Of a DNA stretch of 64,000 nt, positions 37,401-46,195 are shown piece after piece. The notes under the pieces were generated by a model. The model was not told where the DNA came from. It ran no database searches and was given only the letters and a program-made list of their open reading frames with translations. This DNA is from Camelus ferus. Taxonomy: Eukaryota. How positions within the stretch are numbered: the stretch's first letter is position 1; every line of letters begins with the position of its first letter. The stretch lies in NCBI RefSeq assembly GCF_009834535.1, contig NC_045696.1, positions 24,864,001-24,928,000 of the forward strand, read 5' to 3'. Position numbers and translations under genes: made by a program.

Positions 37401-37762
37401 TATTTCCCATTCAACATAAGTATTCCAGGGTAGCAGCAAGGAGAAAGGATTTTGAAATGCAGAGAATTTTTTCTTTTTCAAATATTGTGTCTATTCATTC
37501 CTATGTAGCTAGATGAGATGAAGTAGAAATGATCCTATAGGTTTGTTTCAACTCCTTGCATTTGGAGAACTAGTTAGTTATAGGCATAGTATATTCCAAT
37601 ATTTATGAGAAGTAAATAAACTTTGCTGTTTTATTAATAGTTATTTTTTCTCTTTCTTTTATTCTCTTTCACAGACGACCACTTTGCACCTATAATTTTG
37701 TACTTAAAGAAAGCGAAGAAATATTTCTCAGCCCAATCATATGCACACCAAATGAAATATAA
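5813..37762 (+). CDS. LIPI: Lipase member I (mPA-PLA1-beta), multi-exon CDS, 5'-partial: join(5813-6198, 8429-8537, 10054-10155, 16676-16765, 17708-17875, 19531-19635, 21042-21153, 26722-26898, 37675-37762)
   Basis: Nine exons (386+109+102+90+168+105+112+177+88 = 1337 nt) joined by GT-AG introns splice into one uninterrupted frame ending at TAA 37760-37762. Pancreatic-lipase-family motifs are present: [39 protein letters not shown]. The translation closely resembles human LIPI as I recall it. A 46-nt first coding exon would give 460 aa. Confidence 0.96.
6945..7165 (+). mobile_element. MIR SINE
   Basis: tgtgtgacttggagcaattgcttaacctttctgcctcatttcc matches the MIR core. Confidence 0.65.
7860..8135 (+). 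mobile_element. MIR SINE fragments
   Basis: agacctggactttaagtcc...aactcataggactattaagaatatta...taaagcactta...tagcacaaagta...aatgtttaattattgttattatt. Confidence 0.5.
8429..8537 (+). CDS. LIPI: LIPI coding exon 3 ([36 protein letters not shown]), catalytic Ser
   Basis: Acceptor ttacAG 8427-8428, donor GTAAAA 8538. G-x-S-x-G motif GVSLG at 8465-8479, Ser codon AGC 8471-8473. Confidence 0.97.
8714..8903 (-). mobile_element. Artiodactyl-type L1 3'UTR fragment lacking its terminal segment
   Basis: Reverse complement aligns by eye to 54430-54585 (gggagttc...ataaacaacaagg...agggaactatattcaata). Confidence 0.8.
9104..9205 (+). mobile_element. Artiodactyl-type L1 terminal 3' segment with A tail
   Basis: ctgaatcactttgctgtgctgtacaccagaaactaacacaacattgtaaattgaatatacttcaattaaaaaaa matches 54590-54660 and 23680-23750. 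Confidence 0.85.
10054..10155 (+). CDS. LIPI: LIPI coding exon 4 ([34 protein letters not shown]), catalytic Asp
   Basis: Acceptor tttcAG 10052-10053, donor GTAACA 10156. LDPAGP with Asp codon GAC 10059-10061. Confidence 0.97.
12860..13700 (-). mobile_element. Artiodactyl-type L1 3' end (~840 bp) nested in the older L1M
   Basis: Antisense 3'UTR and ORF2 tail (tagattccacatataagtgatatcat, ggaattgctggatcatatggtaattctatttttagttttttaaggaacctc). Confidence 0.88.
13308..13414. repeat. Compound microsatellite (TG)n(TA)n(GA)n(TG)n(TATC)12
   Basis: Read directly; the perfect TATC run is 13359-13406. Confidence 0.95.
15755..15929 (-). mobile_element. Tigger-family non-autonomous DNA transposon (MER2-like)
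   Basis: cagtcggccctctgtatctgtgg...ccattttatataagggacttgagtatcctcggattttgg...cctggaaccaat...ggatgaatg followed by TA. Shares inverted homology with 38741-38830. Confidence 0.75.
16090..16470. mobile_element. L2 3' fragment
   Basis: ttttctctacagcacttactatctgacatattatattttacttgtttattatgtctttcttcctctagaatgtaatttccac is typical L2 3'-end sequence. Confidence 0.7.
16676..16765 (+). CDS. LIPI: LIPI coding exon 5 ([30 protein letters not shown])
   Basis: Acceptor cttttcAG 16674-16675, donor GTATAA 16766. [14 protein letters not shown] motif and start of the lid. Confidence 0.96.
17708..17875 (+). CDS. LIPI: LIPI coding exon 6 ([56 protein letters not shown]), catalytic His
   Basis: Acceptor acttaAG 17706-17707, donor GTAAGA 17876. 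His codon CAC 17731-17733 and the family Cys pattern. Confidence 0.95.
   Translation, partial: DLNLLNVTTREQFTCSWQLWKQAAILFHFLVIHTNITRLVCAWIVTTLRKNHVLN
19531..19635 (+). CDS. LIPI: LIPI coding exon 7 ([35 protein letters not shown])
   Basis: Acceptor tcttAG 19529-19530, donor GTAAGT 19636. FLDT...PFC motif ends the catalytic domain. Confidence 0.94.
20312..20410 (-). mobile_element. Short L1 3'-terminal fragment
   Basis: ttttttaaattgaagtataatcagttacaatgtgtcaatttctggtgtacagc is the reverse complement of the L1 terminus at 54600-54660. Confidence 0.8.
21042..21153 (+). CDS. LIPI: LIPI coding exon 8 ([38 protein letters not shown])
   Basis: Acceptor ttttgtAG 21040-21041, donor GTAAGT 21154. 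Matches the tail of ORF 20945..21157 and the start of the C-terminal beta domain. Confidence 0.94.
22302..22460 (+). mobile_element. tRNA-Ala(AGC)-derived SINE (camelid vic-1-type) with (GAAT)n(AAAT)n tail
   Basis: Head 22302-22375: A box tagcccagtgg, anticodon arm gtgcttagcatccac, B box gagttcaatcc, ending cctcca, followed by a simple-repeat tail. Confidence 0.85.
23538..23760 (+). mobile_element. Artiodactyl/camelid L1 3' end (~220 bp) with AATAAA and A tail
   Basis: Colinear with 54450-54668; AATAAA at 23740-23745. Confidence 0.88.
24650..25860. mobile_element. L2 fragments
   Basis: tgagtatctacattgagctaggcactgtggtaagtgct...acatggtcctaccctcat, cattccaggcagagg, ttgaaatacccaagtagacatgg. Confidence 0.65.
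26132..26298. repeat. Polypyrimidine/polypurine low-complexity tract (degenerate TTCC/CCT)
   Basis: About 165 bp almost entirely C/T on the + strand; a shorter (CCT)n-like tract lies at 23980-24046. Confidence 0.9.
26722..26898 (+). CDS. LIPI: LIPI coding exon 9 ([59 protein letters not shown])
   Basis: Acceptor ctgtttAG 26720-26721, donor GTAAGA 26899. Phase 2-2 and in frame with its neighbours. Confidence 0.94.
32635..35605 (-). mobile_element. Cluster of old antisense L1M fragments
   Basis: 3' end motifs (catgtaaccaccaccataattaagatatggaacatttccatc; ataagaaactgccaaactgttttccaaagtg), then internal L1M motifs (tttcagtactttaaagatgttgc; atgtcttcaagttcactattcttttcttctg). Confidence 0.75.
33590..34112 (-). 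mobile_element. Younger artiodactyl-type L1 3' fragment nested in the old L1M
   Basis: ctggtaaccactagtttgttttctgtatctgtgagtctgcttc...tccaagtccatccatattgctg...ggtagttctatttttag. Confidence 0.82.
37675..37762 (+). CDS. LIPI: LIPI terminal coding exon 10 ([28 protein letters not shown])
   Basis: Long polypyrimidine tract then cacAG 37673-37674, in-frame TAA 37760-37762. Resembles the LIPI C-terminus as recalled (PLC.YN.VLK..EE.FL.P..CTP). Confidence 0.92.
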
Positions 37763-38270
37763 AATACCTTCTTCCATCAAACGTAACAACTTGTTTGTAA
37801 ATTAAAGAACTTGTAAATGGGAACAATGCAATCAGTATTTTTTTTAGAATGCATTGTTCAATCTGGAATTCAGATATTTCTACTCAAATAAATTTTTAAG
37901 AATCAAAAATATAAAATATTTAAAAATGCATATGGTAAAGCAATCTGAATATATTTTAAATAATGTTTATTTCTATTTACCTTAATTAAATGTTTCTCAT
38001 TGAATGTTTCCATTAATTACTTATTATTAATAGATAATATGTCTTTAGAACAAAAGAGAAACTTATCTCTCCAAAATACTGTTTAAACAACACCATTTCC
38101 ACTCAGACTACAGTAATAAAATAAATTAATATTTTTTCTAATTTGTAAATTTGTCATTTGTAGAAGTCACTTGGATTAATATAAATGTTGTAAACATAGA
38201 TACACCTGTTTAGTGATCTGTTTGGCATTTTGTAATGCTTTGTAAATAAAGGCTTTATTTCTGTGGAGCA
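37763..38270 (+). terminator. LIPI 3' UTR with candidate polyadenylation signals
   Basis: AATAAA at 37887-37892, 38115-38125 (overlapping pair) and 38245-38250; ATTAAA at 37801-37806 and 37985-37990. The site actually used cannot be determined from sequence. Confidence 0.55.
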
Positions 38271-38670
38271 CAATATCTATGGGTCTATAATCTTTAATGT
38301 CAGATCCTGGGTCTACCACTTAACTAATGATCACCTTGAGTAATTAAATTTACCTCACCATGTTTCAGTCATCTAAGCATTATTGTGAAGACTGATTCAA
38401 CACTTTGACTCGTGTCTGCCCATAATGATGATAATTATAAAAATAATGGCAACTAACACTTAACATACATCATTGTATTCCTGCCACAGTTTAATACTTT
38501 ATCAATTCATTTAATCCCCACAAAACCCCTGTGAGATTGGCCTTGTTATAGCCATTGATGGAGAAACTGAGACATAGAAATGTTAACTAACTTACCAAGA
38601 ATCATGTACAAAATGAGAATTGAAACTTAAGAAGTCTGTCTCTTGAGTCTGTGGTTTTAACCCCTATGTT
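38270..38670. mobile_element. MIR fragments (both orientations)
   Basis: atcctgggtctaccacttaactaatgatcaccttgag; ttcatttaatccccacaaaacccctgtgag...gatggagaaactgagacatagaaatgttaactaacttaccaag. Confidence 0.7.
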
Positions 38671-38740
38671 ATGTGCTTCTTCAAAGTTCAAAACATGTTA
38701 ATAGCTATATTTATAAATTACATATATTACATTCAAAATA

Positions 38741-38961
38741 CAGTCATCCTTAGGTATCCTTGGGAGATTGGTTCCAGGAACCACCAAGGATACCGAAATC
38801 CACAGATGCTCACGTCCCATAGTTAGCTCTCCAGATCCATGGTTCCACATCCACGGATTCAAACAACCACAGACCACATAGTACTATAGTATTTATTTTA
38901 AAAAAATCCACATATAAGTGGACCCATGCAGTTCAAAACTCTGTTTCTCAGGGGTCAACTG
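38741..38961 (+). mobile_element. Complete Tigger-family MITE (MER2/MER8-like), 221 bp, TA target duplication
   Basis: TA|cagtcatccttaggtatcc...ggggtcaactg|TA, with imperfect CAGT...ACTG termini and internal gattggttccagga and ataagtggacccatgcagttcaaa. Confidence 0.85.
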
Positions 38962-39128
38962 TAATAATCTAAATGTCCTTGGCATTCTCCCATTTATCCT
39001 TCAGTCCAGGAATTCCTGGGCCTCAGTTTTCTCTCACTTTTGTCTAAATGCTCCCAAGGCTTGCTTTATGTGTGTTCCTAAACCAATCTGTCAACTATAG
39101 TCACAGTGTCTACATTTTGATTTCCTGC

Positions 39129-39519
39129 TGTATTATTTTTCTGGGGATGCCATATAAATATCACTGACAGGGTGGCTTAAACAACATAGATTTATTTTCT
39201 CACAGTCCAGGGGGCTAGAAGTCTAAGATCAAAGTGTTGGCAGGTTTGGTTTCTTCTCTCTCCTTGACTTGCAGATGGACACCTGCTTGCTGTGTCCTCA
39301 CAGGGTCTTTCCTCTGTGCATGGTGTCTCTGTTGTACGTCTGCATTTCCTCTTCTTACAGGGACATCAGTCAGACTGGATTATGGCCCACCCTAATGGAC
39401 TCATTTTCATTTAATCACCTCTTCAAAGACCCTATTTCTAAATACGGTCACATTCTGAGGTACTGGGAGTTAGGGCTTTAGCATACGAATTTTGGGAGGA
39501 AACAGTTCATCTCATAATA
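39129..39519. mobile_element. Solo MaLR LTR (MLT1B/C-like), ~390 bp
   Basis: tgtatta...gggtggcttaaacaacatagatttattttctcacagt...ggctagaagtctaagatcaa...ggtcacattctgaggtactggg...cataata. Flanks cctgc/ccttc fit a decayed 5-bp TSD. Confidence 0.88.
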
Positions 39520-42500
39520 CCTTCTATCACTAGCTCCACAATGATGACTTTTGCCTAATTTAATAAGACATGTGAAGGTGAATCATGGCCATCGTTGCTG
39601 CCTACCTGGAAAATACCGATGTGTGAAGACCTTGATGTATTTGATGTGTGCTCCAGGCAGAAATGTGTAGAAGGCTCTTCACATCTTGCTTAGGGGTTAA
39701 GTACTGCTTCCTGTACTTCTACTCTCTGACAGTCCTTCTTGAAAACAGTGCCTTCAGTTTCTGCTGCAGCCTTTCACTCCATAGGCCTCTGACTCCAGTC
39801 AATAGAGACACCGTCTCTCTCCTGTCATTGGGGCATTTGCTCACACTTCCCACATTCTTAAACAAAACTGCAAACCCTTATGTAATTTCACTTTTCCAAT
39901 CCCCCTCAGTTAGTTTGCCAGATAACCCCAGAAAGTTTTGAATCTCAGTTTATGACGTTAATGACATTTTAAATTAAATAAAATGCATTAGAGATGTGTT
40001 ACTAGGGGCAGAAATCCTGCTCCAGTATTCCTGATTGCTTAGGGCCTCTGGGTAACAGAGAAACAGTAACCAGTTTGTCCCATAGCATATTAAAGGATCC
40101 CATGACCCTCCTAGCAAAGCCTCCTTTCCACAGGTGATAGACTCTTTCAAGGATAACTCAAATACATAACTAAAAAATGCTTATAGATTTTCATATTGCA
40201 ATATCTTCTCCAGTATCCAAATTCCCTAGACTTTTTTTTTTTTTCAAGATAAAACAATGAAAGGAAGCCTTTGGAGCTTGTCTTAGGGGTGAGGGAAGTA
40301 AACTCCTCTGACCCACAAGTTCAGTCTTCAAGGAATATTTTTAATCATATTTGTTTTTTTCCCCAAGTTTGTAGAAATCATAGATCAAAAATAGCAGTAA
40401 GAAAAAATATGTGCACTTTTCAGGGGACCATAAAGAACCACAGATATTTTATAGCAATTATCGAGGACAATAGAAGGAACAAATAGCCATTATGCACAAA
40501 ATGCATTACACCAGGCTGCTTTGAAGACAGGATATTCTGGATCAGATGCAGAAAGCTACAGAGAGATGAAGTGTTTAACTTCTTCATCCTTCAGGGTGCC
40601 TACTTGGCCCTGGTCATAGACTTGGACTCAACACTGTCATTCAAAGTCCTCTCAGCAACAGTTTGATTATTTTTAGGTTAATTTTAGGATTTATCTAATT
40701 AAATGACATATTCCCTATTTTATGGTTGTGCCTTCTTTGTGTTTACACTGAATAATAAACATCAAGTTTAAAAACGTAAATCACCAACAGAGCAACAAAT
40801 CATACTTTGTTACACACAATGGTTGACTGAAATGATGAGTGGACATAATCAAAGGGCAACAAGATTTTGTTTTAATAAACTACAGTTTAAAAAATTGTAT
40901 CATTCAGGAATGTTGTAATACCAATCTAATTTACTGGATAATCGTCTAATTGTGTATGTGGCCAATGTAGAAGAGGCACAATTATGTAAAAATACTTGGA
41001 ATCAGTTATATTCATAAAAGCATTGTTTTGGGTCATAATATTTATGGTTTACGCATTAATCCTTTTTTTCACATAATAATAATAATATTGATACCAAATA
41101 GATAATGAGTACTTACTATGTGCCAGTCCATGTTTTAAGTCTTTGACTTGTAGTATTTCATTTAGTCCTTACAAGTGCTTGATAAGGTATACAGTTTTAT
41201 CACCTTCAGTGACTGAGGGGAGAAAAAGAAAAAAAAAATCCTTCAGATAATTGACAATACTTGAAAGATATGCTTACTGTGTTTTGACAGTTGCCTACTG
41301 AGTACATATTAGGCATTACGTAAATGTTTGTGAATGAATAAAGGATGAATGCCGGAACAGGAAGTCAAATCATCTGGATAAAAAGCACGGGACAAAGTGG
41401 GAGCCTGGCTCTGAGAAACTGTGCCTCCAAGAAGATGTGGCCGGTGAGGGCTGCCAATAGCTGTGGAGCTTGCTGCATGTGAACATCCCAGCAAATCACC
41501 AGACACGTGCTGGTTTTCTGGCCTGTGCTTTTAGGATCTTAGTATGAGACACCGCTAAAAGTTAACAAATACCTAAATTCTTCCCCAAGGCAATACAACC
41601 TGCTTCTCCAGGTAACAGAAACAACACTGTCAGAGAACATTAGGGGATGACACTGGGGTTAGGAAATGCAGGAATTCAATGCACAAAGATTTTCATTCTT
41701 AATTTCTTTCTTTCCTATGCCTGTGTGGTACATGAAAAAAAAGAAGGAAATATAGGAGGTGAACAGCTGGTTATGCAGATGGTGTTGATGAGTTGAATTT
41801 GGATTTCTATACCATGGCTTAAGTTTCTGGAATGCTAGGCTCTTGGCTAGAGGTAGAATTATGTATCTAGCAGGGACATGGAAGAATGTTTTGGATGTGG
41901 GCTCACAGTCATGATTAAAGTACTTTAAGTGGAACATAACATTGCAGAGTGTGTGAAGATTCAAAGCAACAAATAATTCACCCAGATTCACGAGGACCCT
42001 ATTGAGTACTCTTCCAGTTTTCCTGTTGATTCCCAACAGCACCTTCCAGTTCTTAACTCAGGATTGCCCTCACCCTTTCCTTCCCAGTTGGACCATTTCT
42101 TGGCCTTTTCCATGGTTCACTTGCTACCTCTCCCAAACTGATACCTTCTTTTGCTTTGGCCTCCTCCTCTGTTTCCCAAAAGATGCTATTCCATGTCTCT
42201 GTTACAGCATGGAGTATCAGAACACTTTGCTTACTTGCTCATATACATCACTAGAATTTAATCTTCTTGAGAGTAAGGAATTTTTTATTATATTTACATC
42301 TTTGTACTCTCAAGGTCTAGATGAATGCCCGGCCTGTTTCAGGGACTCCATAAGCATTTGTTGAATGATAAATGCAAATTAAACAAGTGAGGCAGTAAGT
42401 TTCTTTTTTTGGCTTAGTTGGGGAAGAGTGGGCAGATACCAGTAATTGCTGGCTGTTTAGAAGAACAAAATGTTTCATGTGGTTCTGGTTAGAGATCAGA

Positions 42501-43721
42501 GAGCTCTCACTGTACAGCAAATGTAAGATTATCTGTGTCTTAAATTATTTTCGAAGAATGTAGTAAAACCAGATTTGATTTTAACATTAGATGATGTTAA
42601 TCAAGACAAAGTATTTAATAATAATTTGCATTTATAATTGAATTTTTAAATTTATTTTACATATATTGTTGAAGTATTAAAATGTTAACATTACAAACAC
42701 ATAGATGAATTATAAATTTCAGGTCTTTCCTTAATAACTCTCTGGCAAAAGAAACAATTTGAAGGTAAAAAGAAATAAGGTTTACTGCAGGTATAGACTG
42801 AAATCATTGGAACTTTTGTTAGTTGAATGTGTCAAAGTTTTCAAAGGATTTTTTACTCTAATATTTGTTAATGTTGCGTTTGTCTTTAACACTTGGTAGG
42901 TGAGAGGTTTAATTAGGAAAATGTTTATGGAAAAAGTTTTCAAGATGAGGGTTGTCAAAATGAAGAATAAAGAATTAGTAAGTGGTTTACTCTTAGCAGA
43001 ATATTCTTTAAGTGGGGGAATATGGGATGAGAGAGATTAATAAAGAGAGAGAATCAGAATTTATCAATAACTTTATTTTAATGCTCAAAGTAAATGTATT
43101 CTCAGAACCATGTGACCTAAGACACTGTCCACAAGAAACTTTCATTCTAAAAGATACAGTTTCTGTTAAATAATGAGTTACTGAACATAGGGAGTATCTT
43201 ATTGCAACCTGATTCTCCCACAGCCTGTACCAAAAATAACACTTGCTCAATGTTTATAGATTTGAATATAGGCACCGTTTTCAATATACGGTAAAGAAAA
43301 ATTATTTGAAAGACACCCCAGGGATAGGATGGTGGCAACCAACAGAGCTGGATTCTCCCCTACCTCCCCCTTCCCACTGAACAAGTCAAGGAAACACACA
43401 GAATCTAGGTTTGAAAATTTCTGCAGTCAAGGAAAATTAATCACCATCTTCCAAACTTCAGGAGGAGATTATAATAATCAAACACAAGTGGGACATTGAG
43501 ACAGATAATTGAACTGAGAATAAAGAGGAAGAAGTGATTTCAACTTTCCAACCAGAGGTATATGGTCATTTATCTACTGGGAAGTAACTACTTTCTGAAA
43601 GTGAGCAGTCTTCCACTCTCTACCACATGCTGCCCCATTATTTCACTTTCCAGTGAGAACCCACAAATCCAGGAGATCAGGCTACTGGAAACAAATATGA
43701 CAAACAATGATAGTTTGCCTC

Positions 43722-44143
43722 CTGTGGCAAATCGTTTTAGGAATGGCCCCCAATCTGTCCGAATTTGCCTGTAATCATTCCCATAGGTAACTCCCTCAAA
43801 CCCTGACTCTGGGCTTGAACATGCGTCTTACGTTGGACACTGGAACAAAAACAGATGTGACACAAACTGAGATCTGAACAGTACCTGATGGCCTTGGATG
43901 CTGGATCACGTTAAAACGCCCAAGCTAGGCTCCTGGAAGGGTAAGACACCGATTGGAGGAGAACTCAGATGCGCCAGCCAACAGCTGCCATCAGGCAGAC
44001 TGATCCCAGACCCAGGGATTGGCAGAGCCAGCCCAGGTTGTGAAGAAACACACAACCAACCCATAAAACCATGGACTCAATGAGGTGGTTGTTATTTTAG
44101 GCCCTATTTTGGGATGGTTTGTTATGCAGCAAAATTAAGCAAC
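43722..44143. mobile_element. Solo MaLR LTR (MLT1F-H-like)
   Basis: tgtggc...aatggcccccaat...tgactctgggcttg...gccagccaacagctgcca...ttgttattttaggccctattttgggatggtttgttatgcagcaa. Confidence 0.75.
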
Positions 44144-44320
44144 ATATCTTTCTGAAACTTGAAATAGGTAGAACATATGTGACAGCAAGAAAAGCTGTGT
44201 ATTTTATATATATGATTGAGGGACAACAAAGAAAATAGATGTTTTATATAAAGTCTGTTATATAAGATACTTAACGGGGAAAACAAAAGAAGCCAGACAA
44301 AAAACAGATTATACTTTGTG

Positions 44321-44446
44321 GGGGAGGATAGCTCAGTTGTAGAGTGCATGCTTAGCATGCACAAGGTCCTGAGTTCAATCTCCAGTACCTCCATTAAAAT
44401 AAATAAATAAACCTAATTACCCCCAAAAAAACCCAAAGAAACAAAA
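44321..44446 (+). mobile_element. tRNA-Ala(AGC)-derived SINE (camelid vic-1-type)
   Basis: Head 44321-44393 ggggaggatagctcagttgtagagtgcatgcttagcatgcacaaggtcctgagttcaatctccagtacctcca, then ttaaaataaataaataaacctaattacccccaaaaaaa tail. Confidence 0.88.
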
Positions 44447-44484
44447 ATATATATGTATATGTGTATGTAGTGTGTGTGTGTGTG

Positions 44485-44542
<58 letters not shown>
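44447..44542. repeat. (TG)n/(TA)26 microsatellite
   Basis: Perfect TA run 44491-44542 preceded by mixed TG/TA. Confidence 0.95.
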
Positions 44543-44546
<4 letters not shown>

Positions 44547-44711
44547 TCTCTCTGTATATGTGTAAACTCTATATATATAAACTCTGTGCCACGCTGCACG
44601 GACAATACATGTCAGGGAAAAATTGTGCTCTGAAGTCATTGGAAGTTGGTCATTTGGCTTGATTTTAAGCCAGATGGTCTCAATTTCAATACTGCCTGAA
44701 ATATTTTATTA

Positions 44712-46195
44712 AGATTTTTTTTAAAGAGCACTTCAAGCTTCGCAGCAAAATTGAAAGGAAGGTACAGGGATTTTTCCATATACTCCTTGCTAACACACTT
44801 GCAGAACTTCCTCCATTATCAACATCCCCCACCAGCATTGTACATTTGCTACGATTGATGGACCTCTATTGATATGTCCTAATCACCCAGAGCCCGTAGC
44901 TTGCATTATAGTTCACTCTTGATGTTGTACGTTCTGTGGGTTTGGACAAATCCCATAGTTTTACTGTTTCCAGAATGCCATATAATTAGAATCATACAGC
45001 CAAAAGATTGGCTTTTTCACTTAGTATTATGCATTTAAGGTTCCTCCATGTCGTTTCATGGCTTGGTAGCTCATTTTAAAAAAATATTCCAACATCTAGG
45101 TATTCCATGATTCCATGGTTTATTTATTCATTCACCTACAGAAGGATATCTTGGTTGCTTCCAAGTTTTGGCAATTATGAATAAAGCTTTTACAAACATC
45201 CAAGTGTAGGTTTTTGTGTAGACGTAAGTTTTCAGATCCTCAAAAGTAAATATCAAGGAACACAATTGCTGGATCATATGGTAAGAGTATGTTTAGTTTT
45301 GTAAGAAACCATCCAGCTGTCTTGCGAAGTGGCTATACCAATTCGCCTTGTTACAAGCAATGAATGAGAGTTCCTGTTGCTACACATCCTCACCAGCATT
45401 TGGTGCTGTCAGTGTTCTGGATTTGAGCCATTCTAATAGATGTGCAGTGGAATCTCACAGTTGTTTTAATTTACATTTCTCTGATGACATGACATTGAGC
45501 ATTTTTCTTGTTTGACTTTCTTATATATTCTTTAGTGAGGTATCTGTTATTGTCTTTTGCCATTTTTCAGTCAGTTTGTTTATTTTCTTATTGTTGAGTT
45601 TTCAAAGTTCTTTTTATATTTTGGGTAAGTCCTTGAACAGATGTGTCTTTTGCAAGTACTTTCTTCCAGTCTGTGGCTTATTTTCTCAATCTCTTGGCAT
45701 TGTCTTTAGAAGAGCAGAAGTTTTAATTTTAATAAAATCCATCATCTTATCAATTATTACTTTCATAGATCATGTCTTTGGGGTTATATCTTAAAAAGTA
45801 ATGACCATTACAAAGGTCATCTAGGTTTTCTCGTATGTTATCTTCTAGGAGTTTAATAGCTTGCACTTTACATTTAGGTCTATGAACCATTTTGAATTAA
45901 TATTTGGGTGAAATCTTTGTCTAGATTGTTTTGTATGTTGATGTCATATTGTTCCAGCACCATTGTTGAAAAGACAATTTTTTCTCCATTGTCTTGCCTT
46001 TGCTCCTTTGTCAAAGATCAACTGATTATATTTATGTGGATCTATTTCTGGGCTATTTTGTTTCATTGATCTATTTGTCTGTTCTTCCACCATGCTGTCT
46101 TGATTATTGTAGCTTTATAGTAAGTCTTAAAGTTGGGTGGTGTCAGTTCTCCAACTTTGTCATCTCATTCAATAGTATTCTGGTTATTCCTTGAT
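44712..46195 (-). mobile_element. L1MB/MC-type 3' fragment (~1.5 kb)
   Basis: cagcaaaattgaaaggaaggtacag...ccattatcaacatcccccaccag...ttgctggatcatatggtaagagtatgtttagttttgtaagaaac...gttccagcaccattgttgaaaagac. Confidence 0.85.

Noticed and set aside
44321..44393. Functional tRNA-Ala gene (also 22302-22375)
   Set aside because: It has a SINE-type A-rich tail, no oligo-T terminator, and substitutions in the D loop and stems.
44122..44662. Overlapping ORFs with YIYI repeats
   Set aside because: They are translations of the SINE and (TA)n tract.
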